Shown in pieces: positions 29,523 to 38,361 of a stretch of DNA of 64,000 nucleotides. The position numbers and the translations under genes were made by a program. The notes below the pieces were generated by a model. That model saw nothing but the letters and a program-made list of their open reading frames with translations, made no database searches and was not told the origin of the DNA. Each line of letters begins with the position of its first letter. The stretch's first letter is position 1. The stretch spans positions 608,001 through 672,000 of the forward strand of contig OY760183.1 of the NCBI GenBank assembly GCA_963663275.1, given 5' to 3'. The stretch is from Chloroflexota bacterium. Lineage in GTDB: Bacteria > Chloroflexota > UBA11872 > VXOZ01.

Positions 29523-30392
29523 GTGAGCAGCGTTCCGGCAATACGCCTCAGTCCCTATACTGGACAACCGTTCCTGAAGTGGGCCGGCGGCAAGACCCAG
29601 TTGCTCACGCAACTTGAGCGGTTCTTTCCCACAGAGTGGGAATCGTACTTTGAGCCATTCACCGGCAGCGCCGCTGTTTTCTTCTATTTGCGCAGAACAC
29701 GAGGCGAGTTTCCTGCTACGTTGATGGATTACAACGAGGAACTGGTTAATTGCTTCACAGTCGTGCGCGATGACGTTGATAGGCTCATCCCATTGCTGGA
29801 ACAACATCGGGACAGTCATGGAAAAAGAGCGTATTACGCACTGCGGAGGAAACAACCTCGAGACCTTCCCAGGGTCCCGCGGGCGGCCCGCCTCATGTAC
29901 ATGAACAAAGTCTGCTACAACGGCTTGTATCGAGTGAATGCCAACGGCGAATTCAACGTGCCCATGGGGTCGTATAAGAATCCGCGCATCTTCGAAGAGG
30001 GTGCTCTATATGCCGCGTCACACGCGCTCAAAGGAACCAACCTGCTAGCGGACGACTTCAGCAAAGTCCTCGATCTGGCCAAACCAGCGGACTTTATCTA
30101 CTTCGACCCGCCGTATTATAGTGATTCTGGAGGCTTTACCGGGTACGCCGTAACCTCAGCGGGAAGCGCTACTTTCGGAGCGGAGGATCATTGGCGCCTC
30201 TGTGAAGTGGTAACAGAACTGACTGAACGTGGCTGCCACGTTGTGCTAAGTAACAGCAATACCGATTACATACGCCAACTCTACCGAGACTTCTCGATAC
30301 ATGAGGTCTTGGCGAAAAGGGCCATCAACCGCAATGGTTCAGGCCGGGGGCCGGTAACGGAACTGGTAATAACCAATCATGGCCTCAGATAA
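29523..30392 (+). CDS. Dam/DpnM-like DNA adenine methyltransferase, alpha class
   Basis: FLKWAGGK, EPFTGSAA, YRVN..GEFNVPMG, YFDPPY, LSNS, KRAIN. Confidence 0.95.
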   Translation: MSSVPAIRLSPYTGQPFLKWAGGKTQLLTQLERFFPTEWESYFEPFTGSAAVFFYLRRTRGEFPATLMDYNEELVNCFTVVRDDVDRLIPLLEQHRDSHGKRAYYALRRKQPRDLPRVPRAARLMYMNKVCYNGLYRVNANGEFNVPMGSYKNPRIFEEGALYAASHALKGTNLLADDFSKVLDLAKPADFIYFDPPYYSDSGGFTGYAVTSAGSATFGAEDHWRLCEVVTELTERGCHVVLSNSNTDYIRQLYRDFSIHEVLAKRAINRNGSGRGPVTELVITNHGLR

Positions 30393-31266
30393 GATTCCCT
30401 CAATCAAGGTTCCTCAAGCAGACCGGCTAGACCGCGTTGAACAACTCATCGCGCTCGTTGACGCCGGAATTGAGGAGAACGACGATCTTGCGGTACGCAT
30501 GGGATTCGACAGACGTCAAGTCCTTTACTATAAGCAAGCAGCGTGCATCCTCGACTTTGCCGTATCCGACAGTGAGCAAGCTTTTGAACTAACTGATAAA
30601 GGCAGAGCATTCCTTAAGGCCGTTCGACCAGACCAGAAGCAACTGCTTCTCTCCGAGGCAGTGCGAGAGTGCGAAGTCGTTAAGGAGTTGTTGGGGCTTT
30701 ACACAGAGTCCGAACTGAACAGGAACACCATCACTCGTTTTCTGACACAAGAAGCCGAAATATCAGGCACTACACCGGAAAGGCGTGCCTCTACTCTTAT
30801 TGCGTGGCTAAAGTATGCAATCCAACTTGACCCGGAGAGTTATCCCTCACTCGCTCAAAATGCGGCCATAGAGGCGCCCAAGAAACATCGGAGGTTTAGC
30901 CGCGGTAGAGAGGGCCCTTTGCATCTTGGCTTGAAAGAAGGTGTTGCAGAGAATCCGTCTTTGCTTGAAGAAGGCCTCACGCTTATACAATTGGAGTACC
31001 CATTCCCCACCAACGACCGTGCGGACATTCTCTTTATTGACGCTAACGAGCGCTTCCTGGGAGTCGAGGTGGAGGTAGATGTTGGCGCGGTAGACGTTGT
31101 AGGGCTTATGCAAGCTGTCAAGTACAAGGCTATGCTAGCGTTACAGTTTGATGTTGGTTATGAAGACGTGCGCGGGATGCTGGTCGCTCGCAGTATTCAC
31201 CCCCGAATGCAAAAGCGGGCAGAGCGATACAACATCGACACACGCGAGATTACGTCAATAATCTGA
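30379..31266 (+). CDS. putative restriction endonuclease: N-terminal winged-helix (PQAD...RRAST..W) plus C-terminal NucS-like nuclease
   Basis: Overlaps the MTase stop; EG.LH, EY...DRADIL...EVE...Q..KY nuclease-like pattern. Confidence 0.7.
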   Translation: MASDKIPSIKVPQADRLDRVEQLIALVDAGIEENDDLAVRMGFDRRQVLYYKQAACILDFAVSDSEQAFELTDKGRAFLKAVRPDQKQLLLSEAVRECEVVKELLGLYTESELNRNTITRFLTQEAEISGTTPERRASTLIAWLKYAIQLDPESYPSLAQNAAIEAPKKHRRFSRGREGPLHLGLKEGVAENPSLLEEGLTLIQLEYPFPTNDRADILFIDANERFLGVEVEVDVGAVDVVGLMQAVKYKAMLALQFDVGYEDVRGMLVARSIHPRMQKRAERYNIDTREITSII

Positions 31267-31321
31267 TGATCGCAGAATTCCGTCTAAACGGGAATTGAAT
31301 CCCCCTGGGTAGGAGAGAGGC

Positions 31322-32578
31322 GTGAACTACACGCGCATTGCGGTGACAGGCATCGGGGCGGTGACCCCGTTGGGGCATAGCGTGGCGGAGTCGTGGGATA
31401 ACCTCTGCGCGGGGGTTTCCGGCATCGCGCACACTGCGGGCTACGATGCCACTGACTTCCCGGTGCAAATCTCCGGCGAAGTGAATGGGTTCGACCCCAA
31501 CGCGGTCTTCAAGGGGTTGCCGCGCCGCATCTACAACGACGCGCGCCGGCAGGACCGGACGCACCAGTATGCGCTGGCCGCCTCCCTGGAGGCGCTGGCT
31601 CACTCCGGTTTGCCCCTGCCCTTGCCGGAAGAGTTGCAATTCCGTTGCGGCGTGGTTTCCGGCAATTGTCTCGGCGGCGTGACCAACGTGGAATCGGCGT
31701 CCCAGCGCACGGGCCGGGGCGAGTTCAGTACGTTCCTGCCCAGCGAGGTGCTGCGGATAATGCCCAACGCCGCCACCGCGCTCATCGCGGCGGCCGTTCG
31801 CGCGCGCGGTCCCAATTTCACGCCCGCCGTCGCCTGCGCCACCGGCACGATTGCCATGGGCGAGGCCATGTGGATGCTGCTCACCGGACGCGCCGACGTG
31901 ATGGTGGCCTGCGGGTCCGACGGCGTGGTGGTGCCGACGGTGACGGCGGTGTTCGCGGCCCGCGGCGGCCCCATGAGCCGCCGCAACGACGATCCCCAGC
32001 ACGCCAGCCGCCCGGCCGACGTGGACCGCGACGGTTTTGTGATGGGCGAAGGCGGCGCCGCCATGATCCTCGAGCGCGAGGCCGACGCCAAAGCCCGCGG
32101 CGCGCCCATCCTGGCCTACCTGGTGGGCTACGGCTGCACCAACGGCACCGGCGGCCGCACCGAACCCGACGGCGACGGCCAGGTGCAAACCATGAAGATC
32201 GCGCTGGAAATGGCGGGGCTCGAGGCCTCAGACATCGACGCTATCAACCCGCACATGACCTCTACCGTCATCGGCGACCGGGTGGAAGCCGCCGCCCTGC
32301 GCGCGATGTTCGGCGATCGGCCCTACGTCTCGGCCACGAAGTCCAGCACCGGGCACATGCTCGCGGCCGCGGGGTCGTTCGAGGCGGTGGCCTGTGTGAA
32401 GATGCTGGAAGACCGGAAAGTGCCCGCTACCATCAATACCACAACCATCGCCCCGGATTGCGCCGGCATCAACTACGTCCTCGGCACAACCATCGACGCC
32501 CCCCTGGAGTTCGTGCTCTCCAACTCCTTCGGCTTCGGCGACCACAACGCCACGCTCATCTTCCAACGGGCGGATTGA
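31322..32578 (+). CDS. fabF: beta-ketoacyl-ACP synthase II
   Basis: VTGIGAVTPLG, ACATG (catalytic Cys), DGFVMGEG, NPH.TST, KSSTGHM, SNSFGFG. Confidence 0.88.
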   Translation: MNYTRIAVTGIGAVTPLGHSVAESWDNLCAGVSGIAHTAGYDATDFPVQISGEVNGFDPNAVFKGLPRRIYNDARRQDRTHQYALAASLEALAHSGLPLPLPEELQFRCGVVSGNCLGGVTNVESASQRTGRGEFSTFLPSEVLRIMPNAATALIAAAVRARGPNFTPAVACATGTIAMGEAMWMLLTGRADVMVACGSDGVVVPTVTAVFAARGGPMSRRNDDPQHASRPADVDRDGFVMGEGGAAMILEREADAKARGAPILAYLVGYGCTNGTGGRTEPDGDGQVQTMKIALEMAGLEASDIDAINPHMTSTVIGDRVEAAALRAMFGDRPYVSATKSSTGHMLAAAGSFEAVACVKMLEDRKVPATINTTTIAPDCAGINYVLGTTIDAPLEFVLSNSFGFGDHNATLIFQRAD

Positions 32579-32594
32579 GGGAGAAAGCCGCCAA

Positions 32595-32792
32595 TCATTG
32601 CTCTTCAGCAGTAGAAGGAGGCAAGTACTGCCTGGCGACCGCCATCAGTTCCGCCGCTAACTGTTCACCAAGTGCCGTTGGTTCCACAAACTCTGCTTCA
32701 ATTCTCTCCTTCACGGTCAATGGCGTCACGGCCTCCTCACTCTCGCCCATGTTGCGCACACGTGTCTCCGTGTTCCGCGACTGTCCCGCCAC
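32595..32792 (-). CDS. small acidic hypothetical protein (65 aa), partner of the Ntn gene
   Basis: GTG start preceded by AAGGAGGAG inside the 3' end of the upstream gene. Confidence 0.55.
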   Translation of the reverse strand: MAGQSRNTETRVRNMGESEEAVTPLTVKERIEAEFVEPTALGEQLAAELMAVARQYLPPSTAEEQ

Positions 32793-34107
32793 TGTGCTCC
32801 TCCTTAGCTATTGATTGGAAGTATTGCGGATTGAGATCGCGCTCAAAGTAGTGCTTGCGTTGAATCCAGATTAGTCCGTCCCCCTTTGATATTAGCATCA
32901 CATCAATTGGACCGCCCACGGTTTCTTGTTCTTGCGATACTCTACGTTTGAATGATTGCAGGTTCACTAGAGCTTCCGCTACCGCCGGCAACTCACTCTT
33001 GGGCATGCTGGCCACAGTATTGATCACCGGCCCTATGAACTTTTCGGTACCAATGGTACTAAGCTTTTCAAGAAACTCTTCGAATATCCTCTCGGATGCC
33101 TTTGCAGTATCTTCCCTAAGTCGCTTTCTTTCTTGCTCAGAGATTCCCTCTACGTTGTCAATAATGGTGGCTGGATAGTCCTTCAGTATCCCATTAACTG
33201 CACCCAACAAGACTCCCCTATACTCCGGGTCAATTCCCTCCATGAAAGATTGGACCATTTCTTCTTGTGCAAAGGGAATTATCGTCGATCCGTTTTGAGC
33301 ACCGATATCCGCAGACTTGCCTTCAAAGTGTCGGTGCTTCAGTAACCCACCAGCGATTCCAGAGACTATAATTGCTCGTACGGAGGGAAAGAGTTGCTCT
33401 TCGCCAAATCCAGCAATGACAACACCAGAACCTTCGAGCGAAGTATCTTGCCCATCGTATTTTGACAAGACCCACCCTGCAAGCCGCGTAACCTTTCTGG
33501 AAGCACTAGTGGTCAAATCTGAGCCAATCGTTGTATCCTTCGTTTGCTTGATTATAGACCGATAGTTCCTTCTCAGTGCGTCGGCAGAAGCAGAATTCAT
33601 GTCCTCTGCATAATCGGCTCTTCTCCAACGCTGATAATGGGATTCGACTACCTCTGTCTTTACTTTCCGAACGAGGCGATCAAAGTCTCTGCTTGTTAAG
33701 TTTGGTTCCCCTTGCACTTCACTTACCACCTGGTCCTGAATCTGTCTAGCCATGCGTCCAAATTGGGCCGTCAGCACTTGCCTGACGTACATCTCCTGAC
33801 TCCCCGCCGGTGCAAGAGACGACTCCTTTTGGAGGAAGCTGACGAAATCATCTGCATAGTTTTCAACAGATGCAAGCGCGGTACTTCCTAGCTTCACTCG
33901 ATACATCTTGATTACTGTTTCCCAAGGCACTCCCATGAAGTTGGCCCCGCCATATACCATAATGCCGACCGGATGGTGCCGGGAGAGCGCGAAAAGCTTG
34001 TTCGCGGATGCAAAGATTTTGGGTGCGCCACCCTGGAAAGTGGTAACAGCACTGTCAGCAGCCAAGGCGACAGCTTCTTTGTTCATGATCGCGATCTCTG
34101 CGGTCAT
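32737..34107 (-). CDS. proteasome-beta/HslV-like Ntn hydrolase with large helical insertion
   Basis: After Met removal Thr1, Asp17 (ALAADS), Lys36 (NKLF), Gly52, and C-terminal TVGGPIDV; low GC. Confidence 0.7.
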   Translation of the reverse strand: MTAEIAIMNKEAVALAADSAVTTFQGGAPKIFASANKLFALSRHHPVGIMVYGGANFMGVPWETVIKMYRVKLGSTALASVENYADDFVSFLQKESSLAPAGSQEMYVRQVLTAQFGRMARQIQDQVVSEVQGEPNLTSRDFDRLVRKVKTEVVESHYQRWRRADYAEDMNSASADALRRNYRSIIKQTKDTTIGSDLTTSASRKVTRLAGWVLSKYDGQDTSLEGSGVVIAGFGEEQLFPSVRAIIVSGIAGGLLKHRHFEGKSADIGAQNGSTIIPFAQEEMVQSFMEGIDPEYRGVLLGAVNGILKDYPATIIDNVEGISEQERKRLREDTAKASERIFEEFLEKLSTIGTEKFIGPVINTVASMPKSELPAVAEALVNLQSFKRRVSQEQETVGGPIDVMLISKGDGLIWIQRKHYFERDLNPQYFQSIAKEEHSGGTVAEHGDTCAQHGRE

Positions 34108-34248
34108 TCCATCGCCTCGCGCGGTACTCTCATATATACTTCATTGACGTATGTCGCTCTGCCACTACCCTTATCAGTACACACAAACGACACAGGCTGC
34201 TATTCCGATAGGCAACGTTACGCACTTAATTCTCCACAAAGGACCTGC

Positions 34249-35430
34249 ATGAGTACACCACCTGCCTTACCTTACGATCTGGTCGTCCACGCCGGGCGGG
34301 TGCTCTGTCCCGCGACCGGGCTGGACGGGCCTGGGGCGGTGGCGGTGCGCGGCGACCGTATTGCGGCGGTTTTGCCGGCGTCACAGCCGCCGGACGCTGC
34401 GGAGAGTGCCGCGCTGCCGCAAGGCGCGGCACGGCAGACTCTTTCTTATCCCGACGGCATCCTGCTGCCCGGCCTGGTGGACGCGCACGCGCATCCGGCG
34501 CTCTCCGGCTCCAAGTACGGCATCGACGCCGACGCGCACATATTGCCCTACGGCTCCACCACGCTGCTCTCGCAGGGCGACGCCGGCGCGCAGAATTGGG
34601 CGCGCTACAAGGCGGAGACCATCGGCGGCAGCCGCGCGCGCATCTTGATGGCGCTCAATCTCTCCGCTACCGGCGAGACCAATGAGGAAGGCTGCTTCGC
34701 CGAGCTTGCCGACGCCGACGTTGACGCCTGCGTGGAAACCGTGACGCAGGATCCCGATACCATCTGGGGTATTGCCGTGAACGTCGGCCCCACCAACTGC
34801 CGGCAGAACGACCCCCGCGAGGTCATGGCCCGCGCCCTGGCCGCCGCCGAACGCTCCGGCACGCCCCTGCTCGTCGGCCAGCGCCGCCACGACGATTGGC
34901 CGCTGGCGGAGCAGTTCGACCTGCTGCGCCCGGGAGACGTGGTGACCTACTGCTTCCATGCCCGGACCGGCAGCATCCTCGAGAACGGGCGCGTGCGGGA
35001 CTGCGTGTGGGCGGCCCGCGAGCGGGGGATTCTCTTCGACCTCGGCCACGGCATGGATTCGTTCAACTTTCACGTGGCCGCGGCCGCAATCGGCGAGGGC
35101 TTCCTGCCGGACACCATCTCCAGCGACGTCTACGCCCGCCACGTGAATAGCAAGCCTCGCCACCATCTACCGCTGGTGATGTCCAAGCTCCGCGCCGCCG
35201 GCATGAGCGAGGCCGACATCTGGCCCCGTGTGACCTCGCGCCCCGCCGCTCTGCTCGGCATGGATAACGAAATCGGCGCGCTTACGCCCGGCGCGTGCGC
35301 CGACCTGGCCGTCCTCCGTTGGCACGGCGAACCGCGCCCGCTCCGCGACGCCGCCGGCAACGAACGCCGCGGCGGCGTGTGGGAACCGCTGCTGACGGTA
35401 CGCGGCGGCGAGATTGTCCAAAGCGGGTGA
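34249..35430 (+). CDS. amidohydrolase/deacetylase (dihydroorotase-like) family metallohydrolase
   Basis: PGLVDAHAH, LRPGDVVTYCFH, DLGHG, DTISSD, PGACADL. Confidence 0.85.
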   Translation: MSTPPALPYDLVVHAGRVLCPATGLDGPGAVAVRGDRIAAVLPASQPPDAAESAALPQGAARQTLSYPDGILLPGLVDAHAHPALSGSKYGIDADAHILPYGSTTLLSQGDAGAQNWARYKAETIGGSRARILMALNLSATGETNEEGCFAELADADVDACVETVTQDPDTIWGIAVNVGPTNCRQNDPREVMARALAAAERSGTPLLVGQRRHDDWPLAEQFDLLRPGDVVTYCFHARTGSILENGRVRDCVWAARERGILFDLGHGMDSFNFHVAAAAIGEGFLPDTISSDVYARHVNSKPRHHLPLVMSKLRAAGMSEADIWPRVTSRPAALLGMDNEIGALTPGACADLAVLRWHGEPRPLRDAAGNERRGGVWEPLLTVRGGEIVQSG

Positions 35431-35482
35431 GGCCGCTCCGCGAGCATGAGCAAAGGAGCGCAAGGACAACGAAAGGCTACCC

Positions 35483-36280
35483 GTGGGTTTTCGTAACACT
35501 TCCGACTACACGGCGGTAGCGCCGCATTACGATCTAACGCGCAACATGCCCGAAGCTCTCCTGCGAAAATGCTTCCGGCGCATCTTCGCGCAGGCGGGCT
35601 TTCCCAGGAAAGGCCGTATTCTCGACGCAGGCTGCGGCACGGCGCAGGTTTCTCTGCCGCTGATCAAGAGCGGCTACAGCGTGGTTGGGGTGGACGTGTC
35701 ATCAACTATGCTCGAGATTGCGCGGCAGAAGTTGGCGCCGGACGATACTGCGGCTTTCAAAGTCGGCGACGTGCGTTCGCTTGAAGACCCGGATGAATCC
35801 TACGATGGGGTCGTCGTCTCCAAGCTCTTCCAGCACGTTGGCAACTGGCAATCAGCCGTAGACGAACTGCTGCGGGTGACCAAGGACGGCGGCCTTTTCA
35901 TGCACATAAACGAAAAAGGCGCGTTCAAGCACGCGGTGCGCAGGCAGTTTTCCACCCGTTGCAAGGAACACGGCTACACCGACCTCTACGTTGGCATCAG
36001 AGACCGCAGTCAACTCGGCGTATACCTGGCTGAACAAGGCGCGGCTCCGCTTGCAATCGACACGCAGGGTCTGGCTTGGCAGAAGACCGTTACCTACCGG
36101 TCCGCGCTCGAACACCTGCGGCTCAAGCTCCATTCGGAGTTCTGGGCCGTGCCGGAAGAGACGTATGCCCAAGTCTTGACAGAGGTACAAGCATGGGTGG
36201 ACGCACAACCGGAGGGCGAGGCCACGCGCGAGACGATGCGCCCGTATCTGGTGGCTGAGGTCTTCACTATCAGCAAATAG
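35483..36280 (+). CDS. class I SAM-dependent methyltransferase
   Basis: ILDAGCGT, GVDVS, GDV. Confidence 0.88.
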   Translation: MGFRNTSDYTAVAPHYDLTRNMPEALLRKCFRRIFAQAGFPRKGRILDAGCGTAQVSLPLIKSGYSVVGVDVSSTMLEIARQKLAPDDTAAFKVGDVRSLEDPDESYDGVVVSKLFQHVGNWQSAVDELLRVTKDGGLFMHINEKGAFKHAVRRQFSTRCKEHGYTDLYVGIRDRSQLGVYLAEQGAAPLAIDTQGLAWQKTVTYRSALEHLRLKLHSEFWAVPEETYAQVLTEVQAWVDAQPEGEATRETMRPYLVAEVFTISK

Positions 36281-36390
36281 CGGCTCGTCGAAGGGGTACC
36301 GCTATTGATGGGCAATCTCATCTCCTGGATTCCTGCTTTCGCCGGGATGCCTGCTCCCATGAAAGGCGCTCAAGACTGTGAAACCACGTT

Positions 36391-37158
36391 TCACACCCCG
36401 GCCTGCACCCAGGCGCAGAAGCGGCGCTCCAGAAACTCGATGACGGCGTAGAGGCTCAGTCCCAGCGCGGCCATGGCCACAATGCCGGCGTACATGGCCG
36501 GATAGTCCACGCGCCCCCACGACTGCACGATGATGAAGTAGCCCAGGCCGTTGCGCGTGGCGAACGTCTCCGTGAAGAAGAGCACCGCGATCGCCGTGCC
36601 GCTGGTGATGCGCAGCGCGCTGAGAATCGAGGGCAGCACGGCGGGAAAGTAGACGTAGCGCAACAGGTGGCGGCGGCGCGCGCCCAACGAGCGCACCGAG
36701 AGGATCAGTTCCGGCCGCACGGCGTAGGCGGCGTCCCGCGTGAGCACCAGGATCTGAAAGTAGAGAATCAGGCTGATGATGAAGATCTTGGAGGCCTCGC
36801 CCACCCCCAGGAAAAGCATGATGATGGGCAGCAACACGATCTTGGGCACCGGATAGACCAGGTAGATGAGCGGGCTGGCAATGCGGTCGATCAACGGCGC
36901 TTGGCCCACCGCCATGCCCGCCGGCGCGGCCAACAGCACGGCAATGATGATGCTCAACACCACCCGGTAGCCGCTGACGAGCACGTGCCCCCACAAACCG
37001 CCGGCGGACCATTCCCGCGCAAACGCCCGCGCCACCGCCCACGGCGTCGGCAAGATCGGGTCGCTCAACGCCAACGCCGCCAACGCCCATACCGCCGCCA
37101 GCGCCAGCACGGCGGCAATGAGAAACGGCGGCGTGATGCGGGAACGGGGAGCAATCAT
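36391..37158 (-). CDS. ABC transporter permease, NitT/TauT/SsuC type
   Basis: YPVPKIVLLP, EAA-like SVRSLGA, GLGYFI; ATPase and binding-protein genes are not adjacent. Confidence 0.9.
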   Translation of the reverse strand: MIAPRSRITPPFLIAAVLALAAVWALAALALSDPILPTPWAVARAFAREWSAGGLWGHVLVSGYRVVLSIIIAVLLAAPAGMAVGQAPLIDRIASPLIYLVYPVPKIVLLPIIMLFLGVGEASKIFIISLILYFQILVLTRDAAYAVRPELILSVRSLGARRRHLLRYVYFPAVLPSILSALRITSGTAIAVLFFTETFATRNGLGYFIIVQSWGRVDYPAMYAGIVAMAALGLSLYAVIEFLERRFCAWVQAGV

Positions 37159-37223
37159 GCGGTTGACACTCTATCCGCTTTAGTGCCGCGACGCCAGCAA
37201 CCCGGCTCCGGTGGGACGCTTGC

Positions 37224-37595
37224 TCACACAGAATCCTTCCGCTCAGCATCTTCAAGATCAGCTTGGGCGCGCACCAGGTGCGGCTTCACGGTTGAGATAT
37301 CGATGGTTATCACCTCCCAGACCCGTTCCAAGATAACTCCAAAGTATTCGTGAATGGGAACGTCACGCAAGCCGGCCATAGTACGCCAAGGAACATCGGG
37401 GTACCGCGCGCGCACTTCCTGTGGAACGTGCTTTGCGGCCTCGCCGATAATTTCCAAGCGGCGGACCACTGCGTCCTGCAACAGGGAGTTTGCGGCGAGT
37501 TCGTCCGCGGTCACGCCTGCGCGGTAGCTCTCGATCTTTTCAATGCACTCCACCATGTCTTGCACGTAGAGCGCGACGCTCCGTTCTTTGCTCAC
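37224..37595 (-). CDS. hepT: HepT-like HEPN ribonuclease toxin (DUF86)
   Basis: DAVVRRLEIIGEA and RX4HXY motif (RDVPIHEY). Confidence 0.9.
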   Translation of the reverse strand: MSKERSVALYVQDMVECIEKIESYRAGVTADELAANSLLQDAVVRRLEIIGEAAKHVPQEVRARYPDVPWRTMAGLRDVPIHEYFGVILERVWEVITIDISTVKPHLVRAQADLEDAERKDSV

Positions 37596-37933
37596 AGGAT
37601 CGGCGCCTCCTCACGCAGAATGCGGTCGCGCAAACGCGGCTTGATGGCAGCATACTCTACGAGATCAATCCGCTTGCCGAGCGCGTCCTCCAGGTCCAGC
37701 TTGACATCGATGAAGTCGAACAGGCTTGCCCCCGCATCCAACTCTACGAGAATGTCGACGTCGCTCTCCGGCGTAGCGTCACCGCGCGCCACCGACCCAA
37801 AGATGCCGGCGCGCTTAACGCCATGCTTGCGCAGCACCGGCAGGATTCTCTCCCGAATATCGGCTACAGCGGCTGTCTTATCGCTATTGGGTTTTGTCTT
37901 CACCGGTTGCCTCGCCTTTATGCTTGGGCGCAT
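37592..37933 (-). CDS. mntA: MNT nucleotidyltransferase antitoxin
   Basis: GSX10DXD motif (GSVARGDATPESDVD); overlaps the hepT start. Confidence 0.9.
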   Translation of the reverse strand: MRPSIKARQPVKTKPNSDKTAAVADIRERILPVLRKHGVKRAGIFGSVARGDATPESDVDILVELDAGASLFDFIDVKLDLEDALGKRIDLVEYAAIKPRLRDRILREEAPIL

Positions 37934-38318
37934 CCGCGTCCTCAGCAGCAGGTGTGCCGGAGGCCATGTCTCTCGTCTCCAGATAAGGGGGATTCACGCG
38001 GGTTGCGGAAGGACTGGCTTCTTGCCGATTCTCGCGGCGCACCTCTGAGATTGCACGCGCCACCTCACGCTCGATTTCCTCGGCTGGCACATCCTTGAAC
38101 GGTTCTCTCATCCGCGCCAGCACCTTCAATCGCGCCTCCTGTTCCGCTTCCGCCCTCTCCAGGCGCGCAAGGTCGTCCGGAGAAACGACAGCCGCTACCG
38201 GGATGCCGCCGCGCTCGATGATCACACGGGCCTGCTGAGCGTAGACCTCAGTTAGCAACCCGCTCAACCGTTGCCGCGCTTCTGATGCCATCACTGTGCG
38301 GCGAGGTACAGTCTTCAA
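37884..38318 (-). CDS. Phd/YefM family antitoxin (start uncertain: 38318 or 38291)
   Basis: ASEARQRLSGLL...VIIERGGIPVAAVVS..DL. Confidence 0.8.
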   Translation of the reverse strand: MKTVPRRTVMASEARQRLSGLLTEVYAQQARVIIERGGIPVAAVVSPDDLARLERAEAEQEARLKVLARMREPFKDVPAEEIEREVARAISEVRRENRQEASPSATRVNPPYLETRDMASGTPAAEDADAPKHKGEATGEDKTQ

Positions 38319-38361
38319 TACCTTGCTCTTTCGTTTAATGAGGCTCTTGCGTAAGCGTACG

